From the NCBI GenBank assembly GCA_052426225.1, contig JBNJNM010000011.1:1054001-1118000 (forward strand): DNA of 64,000 bases. Direction: 5' to 3'. Below the pieces are notes generated by a model, which saw only the letters and a program-made list of their open reading frames with translations, was not told where the DNA came from and did not search any database. Both the position numbers and the translations under genes were made by a program. Positions within the stretch are counted from its first letter, which is position 1. Each line of letters begins with the position of its first letter. Positions 12,070 through 23,080 of this stretch are shown here, piece after piece. This DNA is from Zancudomyces culisetae HAW-14-8. Its lineage: Eukaryota > Fungi > Kickxellomycota.

Positions 12070-13608
12070 ATGGAAGATATTGGGTCATTTACAGAAGGGC
12101 CAAGCAGAGTAAAAAGGGCTAGAGAGGATAGTGTTGAAGGTGACAGCAGCATTTCTAGTGAAAAGATTAACTCTACAAGTAGGTGGAATGTGAATTATGT
12201 TACTGAGGATCTGTTGATGGGTGTAAACAAGCGCGAGTTAAAATATATATCTGATGGATATAAAATACGTAAATACAACAAAAGAGTCGGGTTTTATCTG
12301 GAGGAAATGGGCAAGAGAATTCGTAGAATTACCAAGGATGAATTAATGCAAAAGTTTTGCATCAATAAAATGCAATATGAAGAATTAACTAGGAATAAAA
12401 AGGTCAAACTCAACTACAACGGTACGGACACACTCGATGTCGAAGATACTCTCAAATCTAATGTTGTGTTATTAAATGGCAAACAAGTTTTATACGACAA
12501 TGAAGAATTAAGATTGGAAAACCATATAACTACATTTTCTGATGAACAGATATTCGGTATTAATAAAAATCTTCTGAAACAGGCAAAGAAAGAATTTATA
12601 AGGTTCATCAACGATGATAAAGATGAGAAAAACAAAATTAAATATATTCTGTCGTTGTCGTTGATGGACTTCTACGATAAACTAGAAGAGACCTATATTC
12701 GCTCCAAGAGTGAGCTTGAAAGTATTAATGAGGATGAAAATATGAGTTTTCCTGACTTGAATTATATAGAAACGCAATACGCTCATATAAACAAATCAAA
12801 AAAGTTGATTTTGACTCTACTTAACTCATGGGTACACAGTAGATACGAAATAACACAATTAATTAATGAGGCTAACACTAATGATATATATGAGTGTATT
12901 GTACCAGTATTAAGGAGCATGAGAGATAATAAAACGTATGAGTCTGTAGTAAACAGTTATGTACAAAACATACTGGATATCTTCAGATTTAATAAAAATA
13001 CCGAATTAAGTATAGCTCAGTTATATCTAAAAATAGATGATTCTGAAATTCATATTGTATCCGAAATTGATGTGGCGATATATAACGAGTTTGGAATTTA
13101 TTGTAACATCGCAATAGAGAACAAGGTGGACAGAAATACTGATGATTTTAACGGCGAAGCGCAGTTGATCGGAGAGATGTTTGTTTTGTACTTAAGCCAC
13201 CTTAAAAATAACAAGTCTTCCAGCACAGAAGAATCTAATGATGTTACTGTATACGGAATCCTTTTTCAAGGATTAATACCTTGTATTTACAAAGCAACTT
13301 TTAATGATGAGATAAAGACAAAAATAATACAAAATCTAAAGAACCATGAAAAGGGAGAGAAGGCCACACATGACTTACCGAATCTGGTAACAAAACTTGT
13401 GTTGTTTGAGAATGAACTAGACTTGATCGAAAATCCTGATTCGAGAAATTTTTCGTATTATATTTTGGAACTTTTAAGAAGGGTAATACTATATAGTACG
13501 AATACGTACTTGGTCTGTAATATAACCCCGAGCAATTCGGAGTTTACAGAAGATGATTATAGTATCGACACTATGGAACCCTCCCAGGAAATAATACGTG
13601 TAGATTAG
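12070..13608 (+). CDS. PD-(D/E)xK restriction-endonuclease-like protein A (Crinkler/CR-REase-like), 512 aa, intronless
   Basis: C-terminal SEIDVAI...IAIENK...EAQLIGEMF...VYGILFQGLIPCIYKATF fits D...ExK plus the AQLIxE helix and G-x-x-P-x-x-Y-K strand seen in fungal REase-fold proteins. Paralog of 45098-46561. Confidence 0.7.
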   Translation: MEDIGSFTEGPSRVKRAREDSVEGDSSISSEKINSTSRWNVNYVTEDLLMGVNKRELKYISDGYKIRKYNKRVGFYLEEMGKRIRRITKDELMQKFCINKMQYEELTRNKKVKLNYNGTDTLDVEDTLKSNVVLLNGKQVLYDNEELRLENHITTFSDEQIFGINKNLLKQAKKEFIRFINDDKDEKNKIKYILSLSLMDFYDKLEETYIRSKSELESINEDENMSFPDLNYIETQYAHINKSKKLILTLLNSWVHSRYEITQLINEANTNDIYECIVPVLRSMRDNKTYESVVNSYVQNILDIFRFNKNTELSIAQLYLKIDDSEIHIVSEIDVAIYNEFGIYCNIAIENKVDRNTDDFNGEAQLIGEMFVLYLSHLKNNKSSSTEESNDVTVYGILFQGLIPCIYKATFNDEIKTKIIQNLKNHEKGEKATHDLPNLVTKLVLFENELDLIENPDSRNFSYYILELLRRVILYSTNTYLVCNITPSNSEFTEDDYSIDTMEPSQEIIRVD

Positions 13609-13821
13609 TTGTTTTATACGTTTCATATATGATAACGTTTATTAAAAGCTTTTTTACTTTTTAGTATTATCATGTTTATTTAATAAACTGATAAAGCGAA
13701 AAAAATAAATGAGTATTGCCTGTTTCTTGACACAATGGAACACACAACACCCACCAAACACAAACGAAAATGGATAAAAACAAATGATCGTATTCTTGGA
13801 GCTTAAATCAAAGTACAGTGC

Positions 13822-16112
13822 CTACAATTTGCTCACTCCAGCACCACTTTTTCCTCCATGAAGTGTAGGTCCAATATACTTTTCAAAGAATCTCTTTCGA
13901 ATCTCATCTCCTGTCCCGTCTCTGTTCAATGGCTCATTCAATGCACGCTGCATGTAATCTTCGTACACCTTGCCGTCATACCGACCAAGACTTGAGTTGA
14001 GTTGTTCATCTGAAATACCAAATGCATCAACCAATGGTACAGCCTGAGGTCTGAGCAACTTGATTTTCTCCAGATACTCGCTCTCAAGATCAGTAACAAG
14101 TTGTGATGTGATTTGGCCGGACTCTGGTAGCGAGTACAATTCACCAGTGTTTCTGGTTAGGAATGACAGTGCAGAAACAGCAAACAACAGGTCCAATACT
14201 GGTCTCAGTGGTGAGTTTGAGGGAAGTCTATTGATAAACCTGCTGAAATACAGACACACAATGTATTCGGAATGAGCTGTACAAACCTGCTGTGAGGTAA
14301 CGAGTAGATCCTCAAAGCTTTCACCTTTGACGTGAATTCTTTCTGTCATGTTGTTTACCATACATACAAATCTATATGCCAGTATGTCAAGAAGAACTGA
14401 GTTGTTGTTAGCAACTTGTTTTGAGCTAAGATTATTCCATGAGTACGCCCCCTTATTCGATGCTCCATTATTTGCAAACTGTCTCATTACATTTGTTGTG
14501 TCATTTTTTTCTACTTCTTCGCCTTTAGAGACACCGTTGGCAGCCTTTACCAAATACTTTGTTGTTTGCTGTGCCAATACATAGTTATCTCCCTCCCAAA
14601 TAATATTGGGATAGATATCAGTAAAAAACTCGTTCAATCCTGAGAACTGTGAGAATCCGTGTCCTCCACACAAGTGACGGCATGTATCTACTCCGTACAC
14701 AGCTGTCTCGGATGACCATCGCTTCAATCCGCAGCTTACAGCGTGCATTTCTTTCAATAAACTAAAATCACCAGAAGCAATGGCGGCTGTGCACTTTATA
14801 TATTGTTCAAAAAACTCTACTGACATACCCAGCATGGCATATGCTTTGGCCAACAACGGAATTAAACGATATTGAACAATTCCGTAGTCCAGTACTGGTG
14901 TTTCTGGCTTTCCTGCCTCTCCAAACTGTCTACGAACAGCAGTGTACCTGGTTGCCACTGTTACAGCCTTTGCAAGCTTTTCGCCCATATTTGAGGCTAT
15001 ATGTGCTCTTACCTCGACCATAGTTCCATACGTAACTCTTGGGTCAATGTTTTTTGGACGTGTAACTACTCCATTTCTTGAAACAGTAATGTATCGTTGC
15101 AACAGATTAAAACGTGGTATTCTAACTCTATCCAGACTCAAAAAGCCATTATCCATCGTATTGAATCCAAATTTGGGACCAATATCGCCGACTGTAACTC
15201 CAGGGAATGGTTTATGATCAACTGTAGATCTGATAGGTACCACAAATGGGAATATTCCATAGTTTTTTCCTTTCACAATAAGCTGGGCAATTACACAAGC
15301 ATGGGTGGACGAAATTCCAAGTGATCCTATCCACCACTTTGTTGACGTCAATGTTGGCGAGTTTATTTCAAACTCGTCAGTTTCCTCGATAAAGGTTGCA
15401 GTGGTCTCTAACGATCTGATATTTGAACCATGGCCCATTTCAGTTTGTGCATAACACCCAATGATTCTGTAATCCAGAGCCGGCTTCAAAAATACCTCTT
15501 TTTGTTCTTCTGTACCCTGTTTCTCAAGTGTTGGAATAAACATTCCTCTGGTAAGATCGTACTAAAAAAATATTAATAATCATAATCGTATTACAAAGTA
15601 TTCAAAATGTTTTTTTTGCATACAAATATTGACAAGTTTAGAGGCTTACTGGTCCTTGAGGTCCAAATGACCCGCTAAATGCCATGATATCTTCCTTTGT
15701 AATGGTTCCTTCTCTATGATATTTATGAATATCGAATAAGTTTAGGTTTACCGAGACTATACATACTTTTAAATAATAAAATACTAGTGTGCCTCCTATA
15801 AAAAGGAAAATGCTGAACAGGAAAAAATAAACAAAAGTGATGCACATACCTCAATAGCTGAACCAAGCGAAGTTCCTGCTTGAAACAATGATCCAATTTT
15901 TCCACTCTGCTTAAGTGGTAAAAGTTTTCCATGCCAAAAATTTCTGGTTCGGCGCGCATCATTTTCAAAAGTTTTTCCCTAGTTTCCAGCTTTTTTTTGC
16001 CAAAAACAAATGTCTCCATCTCGTTTGGAGAAAAAGTCGCTTTCCTGCGCTCATTTTCCAGTGATGTTGCTGTGTTTGGCTCAGCAGGCTTCAAGTGAGT
16101 TGGAAATAACAT
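13822..16112 (-). CDS. Peroxisomal acyl-CoA oxidase copy 1; exons 16112-15850, 15713-15650, 15561-13822
   Basis: Motifs GCYAQTEMGHGSN, KWWIG, GDIGPKFG, CGGHGF, WEGDN. C-terminal PTS1 SKL. Two GT-AG introns restore ...LLREGTIT...GPQGPYDLTRGMF. Confidence 0.96.
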
Positions 16113-17178
16113 TATTTTTTCGTTCTCAGGTTGGAATAAATGTCTCAGCTATTCTTTTCTGGGTTTGCTCGAGTTTTTTTTTTCTTTTTTGTAGAAGAAA
16201 CTCTGCTTTTATATTAACTTTTCTGTTTTATACTTTTCATTATTGAGACATACCCGAGTTGTTCAAATTGACATTGGTAGCTTGGTTCACATTTTTCTTT
16301 GCAACTCCCCCCTTTCATTTCATTTTTTAATAGTTTCAATTTGACTTATCTCTGCATGTGATTTTAGTGGTTTTTGACTCCAGGCCAATGCAGTTCTATC
16401 TTTTTTCAGTTTCACAAGCTTATTTAGTATAAAGCGATTCAGTTTCCCTGAACTATTCTCGTTCTTATGAAGCATAAACTAATTTCATGTGTAGAAAGGT
16501 ATGATTAAAGCTAGAAAAAAGCTGAAACAACCCTCAATACCGGATAAAAAAAATTTTGTTCACATGTATTCCAAAGTAATGTTAACTTGCCTCAACATAA
16601 GCTATTCGGCCTTGGAATTACATTGTCTTTTACTTTTTATTTTGTAAAAAAACAGCGAGTAGCTCTATCTACTTGCGGACTTGAAAAATTAACCACATGT
16701 ACGAGTTTACAACATTAGTGATACAAAGTAATGAAACAAAAGTGCTTTGGTACAGTTCGACAATTTAAGGCTCGAGCTCAATCCAAGACAAATGTTCTGC
16801 TTTTTCTATAGCCGGTAAACTAAATCACGATCTGATGTGTTCTGAATCCCCCTGCCTTATTAACTGACGGTTATAGAAACTTAGTTTTTTTTGTGTCTTT
16901 TATGGAACAGGGTGGTGCACTAACCCGTTCTTGAAAAAAATGAAGTATTTGTGCCTATCTATATTTAAAAGAATCAGACCTAATCATAAGTCTTATAAGT
17001 AACTGTTTATACAATTACGTATAAAGCAAATATATGCCTATACATTGTGGGAATGTGTATGGTACCGCTGGGCTTCCCCACTTTCTATTATTAATAATAA
17101 TAATCTCATAAGAACAGAGCTATGCGTGCTATACTAAAGCAAAACATGCATCACATAAAAATCGTAATATTGCCATAA

Positions 17179-17238
17179 TGGATATTGTAATGAATATTGT
17201 AATGAATATTGTAATGAGTGCTGTAACGGATATTTTAA
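17179..17238. repeat. Degenerate 12-bp tandem repeat (TGAATATTGTAA) x ~4-5
   Basis: tggatattgtaa tgaatattgtaa tgaatattgtaa tgagtgctgtaa cggatattttaa. Confidence 0.7.
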
Positions 17239-17731
17239 AGGGTGTCATCATGTAGTTTTAGCCTGCTCTGAAATAGCATTGCTATGAAACACCTTGCAGA
17301 GTAGTTTCTCCTTTTTTGCTAATCCAATTTGAAGCTATTATAAATGAAATCTAATCAGATGACCAAACATTAAAATTTTCTGGAGTCCTATTTGCCCAAT
17401 ACCCACCCAAACAATCAAAACGTTGAGTGCCCATTTATTATTTTAACAAACGCTGGGGTGGGCTTCGTCGCTCATTGGCAAATGGGAATTTGTTTATGTC
17501 GGGTGTTATCAATTGCGTGTATTAAAAAATTCAATGAAAATTTTTTTTGCCAAACAAATATAACTGTCAAGCTGCAACAAGACTGAACTCAAATACATTG
17601 AGAAATAAGATAGGAAGAAACAGTAACTGAATCTTGATGACTCTTTTATCGAGTTCGTATTTTTCTACTCTCTTATATCACTTTTTTTAGTAAATAGGTT
17701 TATAACCAGAAATAGCGTACTTCTATTTTCC

Positions 17732-18583
17732 ATGTCTCTAAGAGCGGTGAGTAGCCTGAAAAAATCGGCGACCAAGGGGTTGCCTTCAATAAAAAATCAT
17801 AATGTCGCGGACGGGGCCAGGTCTTCGATTTTCAAGAACCAAATCAGAATGTTTTCCGAATCAGAACCGAAAAGTAAAAAGATCGGTTTTGGAGTATCGA
17901 AAAAGACGACGAAAACAACCGTAGCTGGATCCTTTCCGAGAGGAATATCTGGAAAGGATATCGAAAGTAGCCCTTATAATCTGAATATCAAATTGCCCCA
18001 GTGGGCATATGCTTCGTTTTTTGCTATGGATCGACCACTGCTGGATGTTGATGGATTCAGGGAATCCGTAAAGATCAGTCACGAATACAGTCGATGGATG
18101 AAAAAATCGCCACAGCTCACCCAGGAATCACTGATCCCAGAGCTTATAAGGCTTGGTCCTTTTGCCGAGGCTTTATACGATGTGAGGACTAACACGAAGG
18201 CTGGATCGGTAGCAGGAGATATGGAACTTGGTGCAGCGGAAGTAAATGAGATAGTTCAGGAGTTTTTCGATTCATTTGATCGTTCGTCCTATGGGTCTAA
18301 GAGCATGCTGTTGGGAAGGAGCGTACTTCGTACCTTGAATGTCTCTGGAAGTAGGTACATAAATAACATTACCTTTCCTACATTCAAACTCTTAGCGAAC
18401 ACAAGCATTCGAAAAGTTCATACTGCAAGAAAGTCAGATCTCTATGTTGGATTGATCCCAAAGAGTTTCAATAAATACGAACTTTCAAGTGTGCTTAGGA
18501 AAAAGAAGAAGAAGATGAACAAACATAAATTCAGAAAGCTGAGGAAGCGTACCAGAGCACTTAGAAGACGTCTTGGCAAATAG
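17732..18583 (+). CDS. COX24: Mitochondrial small-subunit protein mS38 / COX24-like
   Basis: Basic, Ser-rich N-terminal presequence. C-terminal signature SVLRKKKKKMNKHKFRKLRKRTRALRRRLGK. Confidence 0.85.
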   Translation: MSLRAVSSLKKSATKGLPSIKNHNVADGARSSIFKNQIRMFSESEPKSKKIGFGVSKKTTKTTVAGSFPRGISGKDIESSPYNLNIKLPQWAYASFFAMDRPLLDVDGFRESVKISHEYSRWMKKSPQLTQESLIPELIRLGPFAEALYDVRTNTKAGSVAGDMELGAAEVNEIVQEFFDSFDRSSYGSKSMLLGRSVLRTLNVSGSRYINNITFPTFKLLANTSIRKVHTARKSDLYVGLIPKSFNKYELSSVLRKKKKKMNKHKFRKLRKRTRALRRRLGK

Positions 18584-19194
18584 ACATCACCAGACGCCAC
18601 GTCCTTTTTTTTTGTGTTCCTGTAAGGGGAGAGTGGTAGTTCGTTTTCTTAAACGCTTGACTACAAATCTCCTGCTTTACAAGCCCCCCCCCCTCCCTCG
18701 AAAAACTTATCTTTTTTACTATCTCCATACTTTATACAATCATTTTTATATATTCTTGGTAGAACTATGAAACTTCTTAGTGTATTGTTGAATAATCGTT
18801 TCAAATAACTGTTTTACAATAGACTTTTCTATGAAAATTTACATGTTAAACGGTTTATTCCCTTAACTGTACTCACAGAGACAAAAGATAAAGTGTCCGT
18901 GATACCATTTCAACTCGACATTCGTTATGGGAAGTGATGGGTTTTGTGGTTACTGCCTGATTTGGTTGGGAGGCAGAGCCACAACTCAATTTTTATTGTC
19001 TAAAATCTACTGATTTTATTTTATAAACAGATGTTCCTCATTTAGACCGAGTTCATTCCGAAATAGTTCATGTTGAAAAACATTTTATTGCTTTCAATTT
19101 CTGTGATAAAAAAAAACAGGGAATCAAGCTTGTGCATTCTTTAAACATAAAACAAAAAAAAATACCAAGATAATCACAAAACAAGATTCGCTAG

Positions 19195-21039
19195 ATAAAT
19201 GTAGAACACGGTCAAGAGCACGAATGTATACTGATGTTTGCTGAAAAAGGATTGAGAAATCAGATATGGAGGGAAGATGATTTTGTACCAATGATGTTCA
19301 GAATTATTGCGCAACCTGAACTTAGAAAAAAACGTGTTCTAACAGAACGATCTCGAAAGGTACAAAAAGATAGCGACGGGAGGATAATAGATCCACGGGT
19401 ACTACCCGGGAAGGAAAATTATGCATTGTGTAGATATTGTGGAAGAGAAACAAAAAATCCATACATGACCTTTTGCACAAAAAAAATGCATTGTTGAGTA
19501 TAAGATGCGCAAGGAGCCAGCTTTTATTAGGAAGGCTGTTAAAGAGAGAGACAAGGGTAAATGTGCAAACTGTGGCATCCCTACAGTTCTTTACTACAAT
19601 GAATTGTTACGCTGCGAGACATATAGCGATTTTATTGAAAAACTAGGTAAACTGAGTAGTACAAATTCAACTTGGTATAAAAAGATACTCCGAAAGCTAG
19701 AAGATAAAGAGAAATGGCTCGAGGCATTTGGGGATAGGAACCTCGGTACTTTTATAAAGGAGGGTTATTTTTGGGAAGCTGCACATGAGGTAGATATCCA
19801 ATATGGAGGCGGGCTTTGTGGTTTAGAAGGATACAAAACCCTCTGTGTTCCTTGCCACGAACTGGAAACTAATCGTCACAGACGGAAAAAAAGGTGATTA
19901 GAGTAATCTTAAGATTATTTATCAGACTTTCAAACAAAAGTACTCGATTGAGGTCTTTTCACAATAGCCGAGAAGAGGTGGGATATTGGCATGTTGTGAA
20001 ACGAAATGGGGTGAGAGGGTCAAATTTGGATATTAATATTTACGCTTTTTGGTACACATATAGTGACAAGACTATAGGTAAGACCAGAGAACAACTAAGA
20101 GCAGAGGTCGATGAAGTATTTGTCAATAATTTTAGAGAGTATCTAGCAACAATTGGTTTGAGTTACGAGGAAGCCATGGAAATTTGTGATAAAGAGAAAA
20201 TAGGTAGGGATAATTTTTTGTGTACTACTGCCACTCAGCGCTGAGCTGAGGACTGTTATTGATATTAATACTTAAAAACCAACCATATTCATATCAAAAC
20301 CAAATTTCAATCAATAGATATGCATTCTCAAATCGAGACAGAGTCAGAAACCGATGATGAGATTGAAAGTGATGATAAGGCCGAAACTGATGATGAAATC
20401 GAAAATAATGATAATAAAATTGAAAACAACCCTTCTCAACAGAAAAAGGTACTATGTAATAAACTTATGAGATATGGTGTCAGGAGTTTGTCAGAGTTTT
20501 CGCCATTGCTAGGATTGAAAATCACAAAGGAACTTGTTAAACCGGAACACGTATATGAAATCAGAGAAAGCGCTCATACACGTAAAGTTTCACAACTTAC
20601 CAATGTTTATAGCAGTTCTAGAAACAGGAGCGTAAGTAGTAGCGGGATTGAGTTTGAGGCCCCTTTAAACTACAAAAGTGACAATGACGATAAAAGGGCA
20701 AAAGATGATATTGTGAGTGTAGAGGAGCTTTTGGAAGAAAGGCCCGATAATCTTATTAATAGAGCTAACAAGGGTATTAACTATAAAAATAACACCCTTA
20801 CCAACTTGGGCATACGTAGTAAAAGTATCAATAAAAGCCTCAAAAGTGACATTGGCAGGAGCTCAACAAAGAAGAGAAAGTGGACGCAATCGGAGGATGA
20901 TGCGCTTAGACATGGATACAGGCAGTTCGGTAGGAACTGGGCAAAAATAAAGCAAAAATACGGTACTGAGCTTGTCAACCGCACCAATGTAAACATCAAG
21001 GACAGATTCCGCATATTGTCCAAAACCGAGACATTTTGA
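19195..21039 (+). CDS. HNH-like zinc-binding domain (ZRANB3 C-terminus-like) fused to a telobox-type Myb domain; frameshift in an A8 run; 5' end unresolved
   Basis: Removing one A at 19479-19486 gives CRYC...FCTKKCIVEYKMRKEPAFIRKAVKERDKGKCANCG...WEAAHEVDIQYGGGLCGLEGYKTLCVPCH. Plausible introns 19894-20063 and 20204-20317 link in frame to KRKWTQSEDDALRHGYRQFGRNWAKIK...NRTNVNIKDRFR. Confidence 0.6.
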
Positions 21040-21256
21040 TTCAGCGCTCAGAGATCAGCCTGGTGGGCTACTTATAAATTTTGTGTATTCAGCACAACGG
21101 AAAACAACTCGAATTGTGGGTTTATTATGTCGTTTATTTGTTTTTCTAGGTGAATTCAACTTTAATAATACTACTTTCTCAAGGTCAGTCAAAATTGCAA
21201 TAATAATGAGCCTTGGAAGGCAAAAATTGGTGGGTACAAAAAAAAACGAACAGGGA

Positions 21257-22455
21257 TTACTTCGAGCTCGCAACAACAGCCCAAGTTAAAAGAATTCCAA
21301 GGGCAGCTGCCAATATTTCAAGCCCTGATCCAGTTGCAAAGCTTTTGGAGTATTCAGCGATAGTGTTGACCGAAGGAATCCCAATGCGTATCCCAGCCTT
21401 CTCCTTTGCGCTGGGATCAGCATCATCATCAGAATCGCTAAGCTCAGCAGCATTGTCACTCTTGTTTGTCTTTTGCTTACGGTTCCGTAGTGTTGAAGAG
21501 CTTATGTCATCCTTGTGGTTTTTATCAAGATCAGAAAGCGCGTTTTTAACCACTTTATTGGATGGATCCAGTTTAAGTGATTTTTTATAATGCTCTTTCG
21601 CTTCAAAATACTTTCCTTGGAGCGCGAGTACCCTACCTAAATTAAATTTACCTCAATATTTAATTTCCATCCACTCCAACTTCACAGAGAACCAGTGCCA
21701 AGTATTTTTTTATGAAAGGGGAGGGTGGAGGAATGGTGTAGAATATACTTACCTTGAAGATATGGCCCTTTGGCCCATTCAGGTTGTAGGGTTGCTACTT
21801 GATCTGCATGTCTACCTGCCATAACCAAGTCGTTTTGCTTGATCAAACATAGACAGGCGTTTGAGTGCAGTTTTTCGTTGTACATATCAAATGACAACCC
21901 TTTGCGGTATGCAACAAGCGCATCTTTGATGTTTCCCTGCTTATACAGTACATTCCCCTGTTCGCGGCATTTTTCAGCCTCTCGTTGCTCCTCAGCCGTT
22001 TCACGCTCATCTTCTCCGTTCAGAGTTTCTGAGCTAGACTTGCTTGTGGTGGTTTTACTTTTCTTAAATTTATTTTCAATGGCGTCTTTCTTAATCAGCG
22101 CGGAATTGCTCTTTTCTAAATCACCCAATTCTTTGTAGGCCTTGGCCATTCTAATTAATGCAACCGAATGGATCGTTCTACATCCCTCAGCTACTTTGTT
22201 GTCAATTTCCGTGTTCAAAAACAGCAATACCTTTTCACAATCCTTGATGGCTTCTTTCCACCGTTTCAATTGCATGTTACAGGTAGCCCTGGATAGAAAA
22301 GGAAGTGCTGACTGTACAGGTAATGCGCAGAGCTCATCGAAAAACTTCAATGCACCTTCGTAGTCCTCGCTCCCCAGGCATCTTGAGGCATCGGCTAGAA
22401 TTTCGGTTGAATCCCTATGTATCTCCTCTCTTTTTTGGCTCAGAAACGAAAACAT
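21257..22455 (-). CDS. TPR-repeat protein with C-terminal transmembrane tail; exons 22455-21753 and 21636-21257
   Basis: Two TPR clusters (LSRATCNMQLKRWKEAIKDCEKVL; EQGNVLYKQG..HSNACLCL..WAKGPYLQGRVL). Intron 21752-21637. Hydrophobic tail LEILAAALGILLTWAVVASSK. Confidence 0.8.
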
Positions 22456-23080
22456 GGTATGGTGATATTGTTATTGTTGGATTATACAGTCGCGATTTTC
22501 TCCTGAATGCTTCTTGCTCTTAGCGCAAATATGATGTTTATTTATAGAAGGATACTATTGAAATTGTAAGTACAACCCAAGTTTTTCTATTCTATTTCAT
22601 CCATTTTAAGTTTTCATTTGCCAATTTTGCGTAAAATAAAAGTGCAAAAAAAAAGACTTTGGGGCTTAGAAGCCAACATCACAGTGACAATGCGATTTAA
22701 TTATGTGCCTTGCTCTTGTTGATTTGAAATAGCTTGGTAGCAAACAATCAACCAAAGTGATATTGAGACAATGGGCAACGCTTAGCTTTTAAATATATAT
22801 TTTCTGCCTTTTGAGCATGCTTGAAAAAATAATTTAGAAATAGTAATAACAATGATAGTGGTAAATAGTCGAAATAAATGAATTGAAAGTAACGGAATAA
22901 AACAAGAGACAGTAAAAAAACATCAATTAGTTTCATGAGTCAGATCTTCAAGTAAAAAAGAAAAAATATTTGAAATAAAGCTATATTATATAGTTTTAGA
23001 ATGGGAATAATTGAAATAAAACACCAATAGCAAAATTAAGGGGGAAGAAAACAAGCAAAAGAAGTAAAAGAAAAAAAAAA

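Larger units (their letters stand above)
10375..13650 (+). mobile_element. Repeat cassette copy A: ~1.7 kb conserved non-coding leader plus REase-like ORF (candidate selfish or mobile element)
   Basis: Reverse complement of ~45030-48272. Similarity starts near caaacaaata..ccaaa.tgga and continues ~50 nt past the ORF stop (attagttgttttatacgtttcatatat vs attagttttttattcgttttatatat). No TIR or TSD seen, so the duplication is certain but mobility is inferred. Boundaries are approximate. Confidence 0.55.

Noticed and set aside
11428-12088. Short ORFs conserved between the two cassette leaders
   Set aside because: Their similarity follows from DNA-level duplication. Starts are non-ATG or inconsistent between copies and there is no protein motif.
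10375-13650. Classical DNA transposon or LTR element
   Set aside because: No terminal inverted repeats, LTRs, target-site duplication, or DDE/RT motifs could be found by eye.
19492-19503. TGT-TGA (Cys-stop) as a possible selenocysteine or readthrough codon
   Set aside because: The same frame hits TAA two codons later, and the conserved motif continues in another frame. A one-base frameshift explains it.
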